A stretch of 64,000 bases of DNA from an uncultured delta proteobacterium (lineage in GTDB: Bacteria; Desulfobacterota; WTBG01; CAIYCZ01; CAIRTM01). The stretch is taken from positions 224,001 to 288,000 of the forward strand of contig CAWDSQ010000030.1 in NCBI GenBank assembly GCA_963804955.1, in the 5' to 3' direction. This document shows positions 56,369-64,000 of the stretch, piece after piece. Every line of letters begins with the position of its first letter. Position 1 is the first letter of the stretch. A model generated the notes under the pieces. That model was not told the origin of the DNA. It ran no database searches and saw nothing but the letters and a program-made list of their open reading frames with translations. Both the position numbers and the translations under genes were made by a program.

Positions 56369-57079
56369 ATGATCCGCAAAACGATTGTCCGATGCCTGCT
56401 TGCCGCAGCATGTGCCTGCACGGCACTGCCCGGCGCTGTGCAGGCGGCCCCTGCAGCGGATTTAAACTACAATCTTATTGATTTCAGCGTTCAGGCCCGC
56501 CGCGAAGTGGGCAATGATCTCATGCAGGCAACGCTGTTTGCCGAATCCGTCGGCAGCAATCCGGGAGAGCTGGCAGCCATTGTCAACAAGCGCCTTGCCG
56601 CTGCTGTGGGGAAGGCCAAAGCCGTTCAGACTGTCAAGGTGGAAAGCGGCAATTATAACAGCTGGGCCAATTATCAGAAAGGCAAACAGGATGGCTGGCG
56701 CACCCGGGCTGAGCTGCGCCTTGAAAGCCGCGATTTTGCAGCCCTTGCCGAGCTCATCGGCAGGCTGCAGGCAGGCGATATGCAGCTCGGGGGCATGCAG
56801 TTTGTCATTTCGCCGTCGCTGCGCTCGCAGGTTGAGGCGGAGCTGACCAAAGAGGCTGTGGCTGCTTTTCAGGCCCGTGCCGATCTGGTCAGGCAAAGCC
56901 TCTCTGCCCAGACAAGCAGGATCGTCACGCTTCGCCTGGATGCGCAAGCTCCGCAGCCGCCCCGGCCCATGTTTCGCGCCAGGGCCATGGCTGCCATGGA
57001 AGAGGCGGCAGCGCCGCCGGCTGAAGCAGGCACCGGCGAGATTGTGATCATCGCAAGCGGCACGGTGCAGGTGCAGTGA
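56369..57079 (+). CDS. SIMPL (DUF541) domain exported protein
   Basis: Signal peptide, A.REV.ND.M.A.L, LESRDF, SGTVQV. Confidence 0.8.
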   Translation: MIRKTIVRCLLAAACACTALPGAVQAAPAADLNYNLIDFSVQARREVGNDLMQATLFAESVGSNPGELAAIVNKRLAAAVGKAKAVQTVKVESGNYNSWANYQKGKQDGWRTRAELRLESRDFAALAELIGRLQAGDMQLGGMQFVISPSLRSQVEAELTKEAVAAFQARADLVRQSLSAQTSRIVTLRLDAQAPQPPRPMFRARAMAAMEEAAAPPAEAGTGEIVIIASGTVQVQ

Positions 57080-57138
57080 CAGGAACATGGTCAGGGAGAT
57101 GCTTTTACCCTCACAGAATTCATTGAAAGGAGAACAGT

Positions 57139-57924
57139 ATGGTTGCCGGCAGGTTCGTTATTACAGGAATTTTGGTCTTTGCAGGTATCGTGCTGGTCAT
57201 GGGCTCTTTTGCTACCGTTCCGCCCGGGCACCGGGGCATATCGGTCACCCTGGGCAAGGTTTCCCCGCAGGCCCTTGGCGAAGGCTTTACTTTGAAGAAG
57301 CCGTTCATCGAAACAATCCTTAAATACCCTATCATGCAGATTACCCAGAAGGGCAAGGCCGCAAGCTTTTCCTCGGATTTGCAGACCATAACCGTCGACT
57401 ATGCCCTGATGTACAAGACCCCGGAGGGCAAGGTCGTGGAGATATATCAGCAGTATGCCGGCGACCCCTATGCCGCCCTCATTGAGCCGCGGCTGCAGGA
57501 GGCGATTAAACAGGTAACAGCCATGTTCAAGGCCGAGGAGCTGGTAAAAAACAGGGAAAAGATCAAGGCAACGGTCCTTGAAAAAACCAAAAAGGAAATG
57601 GTCGGCCTGCTCACCATCGTCGATTTTGCCATCACCAATATCGATCTCACCGATCTGCTCGAGAAGGCCATCGAAGACAAGCAGGTCAAGGAGCAGCAGG
57701 CCCTTGCAAAAGTCTATGAGCTGCAGAAGGCGCAGAAGGATGCCGAGATACGCATGGTCAATGCCAGGGCCGAAGCCGAGGCTATAAAGATAACCGGCGA
57801 TGCCCTTGCAGCGGCGCCCAAGCTCATCGAGCTGGAGCTGGTGAAGAAGTGGGACGGCCGGGCACCCCAGAGCGTTGTCACGTCGCAGGGCGGGGCCAAT
57901 ATCCTGCTGCCCCTGACGAAGTGA
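57139..57924 (+). CDS. SPFH/prohibitin family protein
   Basis: N-terminal TM helix, VPPGHRG, SSDLQ, AIEDKQ, KWDG. Confidence 0.9.
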   Translation: MVAGRFVITGILVFAGIVLVMGSFATVPPGHRGISVTLGKVSPQALGEGFTLKKPFIETILKYPIMQITQKGKAASFSSDLQTITVDYALMYKTPEGKVVEIYQQYAGDPYAALIEPRLQEAIKQVTAMFKAEELVKNREKIKATVLEKTKKEMVGLLTIVDFAITNIDLTDLLEKAIEDKQVKEQQALAKVYELQKAQKDAEIRMVNARAEAEAIKITGDALAAAPKLIELELVKKWDGRAPQSVVTSQGGANILLPLTK

Positions 57925-57948
57925 TGCCGGACAGCCTTACGATCATTG

Positions 57949-58265
57949 CTCAACCGCGCCGACATAGACCGGATTGGCAGCGGCGATCATATACCCGTAG
58001 AGCAGCCGCAGGGGCAGGGGCATCTGCGGCAGGCCGAGCAGCTCGGCGCGGAAATAATCCCCCTCTCGGGCCGGGGCGCTGAACGCAACCGAGCCCGCTC
58101 CGTTCATGCGCCATGCCTTATAGAGCCTGCCGTTTTTATACACGCAGGCAAGATAGCGCTCGGGGCGCTGCGCCACGTTTTTTTTGTTTTGTGGTAGAGT
58201 ATTTTTAAAACGGCCCTTGCCCGCCGGCAGGGCTTTCAGTTCTTCAGGCTTCAGCTCCTGCGCGG
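57949..58265 (-). repeat. Copy A of ~317-bp direct repeat (orphan 3' end of the PHP hydrolase gene)
   Basis: Aligns base by base with 61181-61498 except a divergent ~50-bp core and a few SNPs. Confidence 0.95.
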
Positions 58266-59528
58266 GCTGTCATGCTCAGGCGGTAGCGGGCTCTGTGCAT
58301 CCGCAACAGTATGCCGCAGAGTGCCGGACAGTATGGGTAGTGCCAGGTGCATCAGCCATGAGCATAGCAGAGCGCTGAACGCCCAGATGCCGATCGTGAT
58401 GAGGGCTTCCGCAACTGTAGGCGAATACTCAACGATTTCCCCCAGCGGCGTTGGTATAAAACCAGGCACGATCATTCCCAGGCCCTTTTCGATCCATATC
58501 CCGACAAAGGAAAGTATGCAGGCGGTGTTGAGGCAGGTTATCTGCCGCGCAACGGGCGGTATGACCAGAATGCCCGCGGCGATTGCTTCGATCGTGATGG
58601 CAAACCAGATCCAGGGCACCAGCTTATGTGTGGCCGTGGAGGCCGAAAAACAGGTACTGCGCAGAGCTTGAATGGATGGAGGCGGCATAGAATTCCTTGA
58701 ACGCCTCGCACCCGAGCAGGAACAGGTTCACCAGCAGCGATATCGTGACGATCTGGCGCAGGATCTGCAATGCCTCATCCGTAATTTTGTAGCCCGAATA
58801 GCGCCGGATGAACTGAAATACCACGATCATCAGGGCCGGACCAGCCGTAAATGCCGAGCCGATAAAGCGGGGCGCCACGATGGCCGCGTTCCAGAAGGGC
58901 CGCCCGACAAGGCCCACGTAGAGAAACGCGGTGACGGTGTGAATGCTTATCGCCCAGGCTATGGAGATAAACACGAACGGCAGGTACAGCAGCTTTTTCG
59001 GCTTCCTGCCGAGATAGCGCATGTAGAGCAGGTAGCCGCTGATGTAGACATTGAGTATGAGATAGCCGAACAGGACGATGACGTCCCAGGCGAGCATGGA
59101 GGCTGGGAAGTTGAACATGCCCAGGAACGGCACCAGGTGCCAGGCTCTGTCAAGCCGTCCGAGATCGATGTTCACGAGCAGCAGGCACATGTATGATCGA
59201 TGCCACGGCGATGAGCTCGCCCGAGTATGACCACGTCCTGCAGGGGCTTGTTGTCGTAAATGTAGGCCGGTATGACCAGCATGACAGCGGCTGCCGCAAG
59301 CCCGACGACGAACGTAAAGTTGGCGATATACAGGCCCCAGGATATCTGCTGCGTCATGCCCGTTACGGCAAGGCCGGAAACGATCTGCTCGGCATAGCCG
59401 TACACGCCGGCCAGCGTGAGGACCGTCAGCAGCGCCATCCACCCGTAATAGAAGCGGCTGCCGAGAAAGCTGAGCATGAAAACCCGCCGGAGAAAAACGC
59501 CGCAGTCGCGCATATCCTGCTGTGTCAT
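58251..59528 (-). CDS. NrfD/DsrP-like membrane subunit (frameshifted)
   Basis: WGLYIANFTF, DLGRLDR, SIHTVTAF, WIEKG...PGF. Confidence 0.88.
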
Positions 59529-59535
59529 GCTGCTC

Positions 59536-60497
59536 TCACATCTCAAAGAAATAATAGAAGCGCGGTATGGTCTGAGCCTCTTCTTTCAAAATGTACACCC
59601 GCTTGTTTCTGAGAATGTAGTTTATGGGGCTGTCGGGGTCGCGGATATTGCTGAAGATGCGCGACCCTGTCGGGCAGGCCTCGGCGCAGGCCGGCAGCAG
59701 GCCCTGACGCACGCGGCCAATGCAAAACGTGCATTTTTCAACAACGCCCCGGGGCCGTATCCTGTTGCCCAGGTACGCCATCTCGGTCGTGATTTCCCCG
59801 GCGGGGATCGAGGGGGCCGCATAATTGAACCTCCGCGCAAAGTACGGGCAGGCGGCCATGCAGTAGCGGCAGCCGATGCACCAGTTGTAGTCGACAACAA
59901 TGATCCCGTCGGGCTCCTGCCAGGTTGCCTTGACCGGGCATGCATGTACGCAGGGAGGATTTTTGCATTGATGGCACTGAACGGGCATGTAGTACCTGTC
60001 TTGCGGGGCACTGTTTCGCTTGTGTAATAATGGTCCGAGGTTTCTACATTGATGGCGCCCTTTTTCATCTCCAGCACCCGTATGTACTGGATCTGCGGGG
60101 ACTGCGAGGTGTTGTTTTCTTTCATGCAGGCATAGACGCACCGGCGGCATCCTATGCACTTGCTGAGATTGAGGGCATAGGCATACTCTGACCCGGGCAA
60201 GGGCTTGAAATCCTGTATGTGCGCCGCAACCCCGTAGTCGCGGCTGATTTCTTTCTCCAGGCGTGCCAGCACCTGCTGCATCATCTCCGGCGTCAGCCGC
60301 GTATAGTGCTGCTGCAGAAGCTCGTCAATGCTCACCGCTCCCTGCAGCTTTCTGAGCGGCGACAGCGCTATGCCCAGGCCTGCCGCTGCAACAGCCCCGG
60401 CCTTCAGCAGGCCCCTGCGGGAAATCGTACCGAGATCGATCTGCTCGGTCAAGCGCGGCTTTTCGCCAGTCTGCCTCTCTTTTTTCCGGTCACTCAT
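59536..60497 (-). CDS. Tat-exported 4Fe-4S protein, NrfC/DsrO-like (frameshift ~60008)
   Basis: SRRGLLK, CIGCRRC, CHQC..PPC, CIGCRYC, CTFC. Confidence 0.88.
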
Positions 60498-61104
60498 GGC
60501 GGCCTTCTTTGTCATGCTGCTGCGCCACTGCCGGCTCAGGGGCAGGCATTGGAATCAGCAGGGGAAAGTGGGGCTCATGCGGGTTATGGCACTGGTTGCA
60601 CTCGAGTTTCCTGTAGAGGCTGTTTGGCGGGTCCCAGGAGCCGTTCAGGCGGCCGTGCGTGCCGGCAACCCAGTCGCGGTATGTGGGGCCGTGGCATTTC
60701 CGGCAGAGCAGCACCGGCATGTCGGCCGGAATCTGGCTGCCGTCATGGTCGACATAGGTTTCCAGATCGGCGATGTTGTGGCAGTTGAAGCACCTGATAT
60801 TGAGGCCGTGGTTGAAAGGCATGCCCCGGTGCGCGCCCAGGGGCAGGTGGGACCGCCTGGGTTCCCGGAAGTCGACATGGCATTCACTGCAACGCTGCAC
60901 ATAGAAAGTATTCAGGTAGAACAGCAGGTTTCTGTCTTTGCGCACAGGCGTAAAATCAAGCCAGTCGGCGGGCGGAGCTATTATTTTTCGGGGGGCTGAC
61001 GGCGGGCCTTTTTTCTCTTCGGTGCGCCCGGTGCCCGCAAGCCATGCGAGCACAGTGCATGCTGCAACTGCCATTATGCAATAAGAAATGCGGTTCTTTT
61101 TCAT
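60490..61104 (-). CDS. Tetraheme cytochrome c
   Basis: CSECH, CFNCH, CRKCH, CNQCH; signal peptide. Confidence 0.88.
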   Translation of the reverse strand: MKKNRISYCIMAVAACTVLAWLAGTGRTEEKKGPPSAPRKIIAPPADWLDFTPVRKDRNLLFYLNTFYVQRCSECHVDFREPRRSHLPLGAHRGMPFNHGLNIRCFNCHNIADLETYVDHDGSQIPADMPVLLCRKCHGPTYRDWVAGTHGRLNGSWDPPNSLYRKLECNQCHNPHEPHFPLLIPMPAPEPAVAQQHDKEGRHE

Positions 61105-61147
61105 AATGGGAAAATTTTTTCAGCGCACGAATTTTTGCAAATTCTAA

Positions 61148-62424
61148 CTATGTATAGATTCGTATTTTGATTTTGTCAAACTCAACCGCGCCGACATAGA
61201 CCGGATTGGTAACGGCGATCATATAGCCGTAGAGCAGCCGCAGGGGCAGGGGCATCTGCGGCAGGCCGAGCAGCTCGGCGCGGAAATAATCCCCCTCTCG
61301 GGCCGGAGCGCTGAACGCAACAGAGCCCGCTCCGTTCATGCGCCATGCCTTGTAGAGCCTGCCGTTTTTATACACGCAGGCAAGATAGCGCTCATGCAGC
61401 TGTGCGCCGGTGTTTTTGTTTTTGCTTACCGTACTTGCAAAACGGCCCCTGCCCGCCGGCAGGGCTTTCAGTTCTTCAGGGCTTCAGCTCCTGCGCGGCA
61501 GCAGCGCTCAGCGTTGTAGCGCCTGCTGCCGCAACCGATAGCCGCATGCTCAGCTCCGTGCTCTCCGGGGCCGCATCACCCATCATGGTTTCAAACTCGC
61601 CATCGTCGTCGGCATCAGCCGCAAGCTCAAGGCGCGGCGCATCGCTTGCATAGCTGATGGTTACCTGCCCGCCTTTAATGCCGGCAAGAATCGCCTCTGC
61701 TGTGCGCTCCTGCGCCCACACCCAGGTGGTGGGCATGGCCATGTCGTAGATACGCGACATCCATTTTTTCAGATGATGCGTGTCGCTGCCCCCAACGGCA
61801 GTAATGCGCCGGCCCTGCAGCAGCAGATTGTCCCAGAAGGTGTGCGCTGCCATGCGGTTCATGCCCGGCAGGCTGTACATGGCATTCCATATCTCGACGC
61901 AGTCTGCTATCAGGCGGCAACCGGATAGCTCCAGGGGCAGACCACGAATTCCTGCGGGTGATTGATTGAAAAAAGCGCTCCCCCGTCATGGGCGGCTTGT
62001 GCGGCAGCAGCCGCGTCACGGCTTGTATGGGCAGCCCACAGCGGGGCATAATCAAACGGCGCCGCAGCCCAGACATTGGCATGCCCGAAAGCGGTTGTCC
62101 ACTCCATGCCGTAGAGCAGCACCAGTTCGTCTGAGGCATAGCCCGGATCACTCCAGTGCAGGGGCTCGCCGCTCATGCTGCCGTCATGATCAGTGAGGGC
62201 GAAGAAATCAAGGCCCAGCCGCTCCGCTTCGGCAACCACATCTGCCGGAGGGCTGTCGCCGTCGCTGTAGGTGGAGTGGCTGTGCAGGTCGCCGCGCAGC
62301 CACTGACCGGCCAGGGCAGGGCAGGGGAGTAAGCACAGGCACATAAGCAGCAGGAGACCTGCTAACAAAATACTGTAGCCTCGGAGTTTGGGACAGCGTT
62401 TGTGATAAGGTGGAGGTTTTTCAT
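61148..62424 (-). CDS. CehA/McbA-family PHP metallohydrolase, exported (frameshifted; start approximate)
   Basis: GDLHSHS..SDG, ALTDH, GMEW, GHAN, NHP, GGSDTH, TNPVY. Confidence 0.85.
61151..61179 (-). promoter_or_regulatory. Putative sigma70 promoter of the cytochrome-NrfCD cassette
   Basis: TTGACA-17 bp-TATACA directly next to repeat copy B. Confidence 0.55.
61181..61498 (-). repeat. Copy B of ~317-bp direct repeat (inside the PHP gene)
   Basis: See copy A. Confidence 0.95.
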
Positions 62425-62542
62425 GGCGTTCTTTCTGTATGTTACGTATTGTGCAGGAGCGGTTTCAGCCGCGAAACAATCGCTGCTTCAACGTATGCAC
62501 CTGTCTAATTTTTCCAGACTAACTCACCTATCAGGGCTTTTT

Positions 62543-64000
62543 TTATTTTCGCAACGTTGCTGAAATTTTGTATTCATATAACGTATCTGCAGGTTCTGTC
62601 CCAACCACAGTGCTCCACGTGGTTTTTAATGAATCAATAGCATTTTCAAAAGATGATTTCCGGTTAAGCTCTAGCGGGTTTTTATTATCTCCATCCAAGA
62701 TATCTATTTGTGCATGAATAGCAAAGTTGCTCTTTTGATACGTATACGTGGTATGGCAGTCCCAACCACATTCAACAGGTATATTATAAGGATGCGTGGC
62801 GCAATTCGAATAACCATGAATAAGCAAGTGTTGAAAATAGTAAATATGAAGTATCGTACTTTGGGCAAATAGAGCATTCTCTCCATGAACACTTGTTGTG
62901 TATTCATCCTGCGAGCTGGGCTCCCCATCATAGGACGTATCGCAGTGATTATATCCACTGAGACTATATTTATACAAAGGCCCAAACAGCGTAGAGGCTT
63001 CATATTCGTCCGAATAAGTTCCTTCAGATGTACACTCTCCATCACATACACCAGCATCTGTATAGGCTGAAAGAGCAGTATGCTTCGCTGTGTATCCTGT
63101 TCTAATCCCGGATTTGTTATTACAGTTTAAATCATAGCCAAAATAAGCTTCCGACTCATAAGAACGACTATAATACGGGCAGCACTCTTCGCAGGAAGCT
63201 GAATTAGACACAAAAATATAGTTCATTAATGGGCTTCCTGAAAAATCAATAAGACCCGATTCCGTTGATTCTTCACAAGATGCAATACTTCCGGAACACC
63301 CGGGATCACCGAGATTACAAGTTAATATTCTATCAGGAAAAGATTGCACAGTATACAAATTACGCCCAAAATCACCTGTGAGGCTTTGCCATTCATTCAA
63401 ATTCTGCAAATCACATGGGAATATAATTTGAGATCCATCCGTTTTTTTGATATCTGCATAACTATCCTTGAGGGGATCCCAAACGAATGCCCTGGTCACA
63501 CCACGTCCTTCGATTTTCACGAGGGCATATTCTTTTTTGAATTCAACGTATTTGCTTACTGCTACGCCAGTATCTGTTTCCTGTCCGATAGTGCCATAAT
63601 AACCTACTTGTACAGTAAGATCATAAAAATCGGCCGGCACCTTGCTGCTTGAGAAAATAAAGGTTGCTTCCGTAGGGTTACCCGCATCAGTGCTGAGCTC
63701 TCCGGCCTCAGTATTTTCATCTGAAACAGCATATGAAAACTGTTCTTCCGCAGGATCGGTTTTGTATTTCGCAACGGCAAAAAGTTTGCCGCCGGGCATG
63801 ACTTCAATTTGGCCACTGTAAACGGTCGTATTGATTACTTTAGCTTTGATCTTTGTTATGCCACTGCTGTCACCGCCAATAATTGCAGGCTCTGTCACCT
63901 CAAGCTTCCCGCGGAAGAAGTAATCAAGTAGCCCTGCGGAGTAGCCCACCGCCTTCGGTAAAAGTTTTTGCGCGTAGTCTTTATGGCAATTATCATCAAG
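62543..64000 (-). CDS. Large hypothetical protein, partial (5' end outside window), Cys-rich C-terminus
   Basis: Frame is open to the window edge (LDDNCHKDYAQKLLPKAVGYSAGLLDYFFRG). Confidence 0.75.
   Translation of the reverse strand, partial: LDDNCHKDYAQKLLPKAVGYSAGLLDYFFRGKLEVTEPAIIGGDSSGITKIKAKVINTTVYSGQIEVMPGGKLFAVAKYKTDPAEEQFSYAVSDENTEAGELSTDAGNPTEATFIFSSSKVPADFYDLTVQVGYYGTIGQETDTGVAVSKYVEFKKEYALVKIEGRGVTRAFVWDPLKDSYADIKKTDGSQIIFPCDLQNLNEWQSLTGDFGRNLYTVQSFPDRILTCNLGDPGCSGSIASCEESTESGLIDFSGSPLMNYIFVSNSASCEECCPYYSRSYESEAYFGYDLNCNNKSGIRTGYTAKHTALSAYTDAGVCDGECTSEGTYSDEYEASTLFGPLYKYSLSGYNHCDTSYDGEPSSQDEYTTSVHGENALFAQSTILHIYYFQHLLIHGYSNCATHPYNIPVECGWDCHTTYTYQKSNFAIHAQIDILDGDNKNPLELNRKSSFENAIDSLKTTWSTVVGTEPADTLYEYKISATLRK

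Noticed and set aside
57949..61498. Diversity-generating retroelement TR/VR pair
   Set aside because: Mismatches are not confined to adenines of one copy, and no reverse transcriptase is in the window.

Overview
This is a bacterial chromosome segment; the gene content suggests an anaerobic Desulfobacterota/deltaproteobacterium-like organism (inference). 1-22.4 kb is the rpoB-rpoC-str-S10-spc-alpha superoperon, lacking fusA, rpmD, adk and map. 22.5-33.5 kb is mostly an AT-rich accessory island: a TPR-HEXXH protein, a PUA/EVE-like gene with a nonsense codon, MazG-like and DUF2075-type nuclease-helicase-S24 genes, intact and decayed toxin-antitoxin modules, an HTH_17 gene and an unannotated 28-aa very basic ORF. 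33.5-37.5 kb holds queH followed by a methanogen-like comA-comB-comD-comE cluster and a radical SAM gene. Next come nlpD/surE, an EF-G2-type gene, mogA, a cytochrome c-NrfC-NrfD-HdrF/EMO-multiheme redox cluster, a SauS-like acylating aldehyde dehydrogenase with an ACP, mntP, methylmalonyl-CoA mutase and epimerase, and SIMPL and SPFH genes. A second cytochrome-NrfCD cassette lies between two diverged copies of a ~317-bp gene 3' end. Many genes, including essential ones, carry single-base frameshifts that are most likely sequencing or assembly indels. The best candidates for new biology are (i) archaeal-type sulfoacetaldehyde/coenzyme M genes possibly feeding SauS+ACP, (ii) the PUA-MazG-DUF2075-S24 (+TPR peptidase) putative anti-phage locus, and (iii) the small basic peptide. 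All family assignments come from motif recognition, not database searches.
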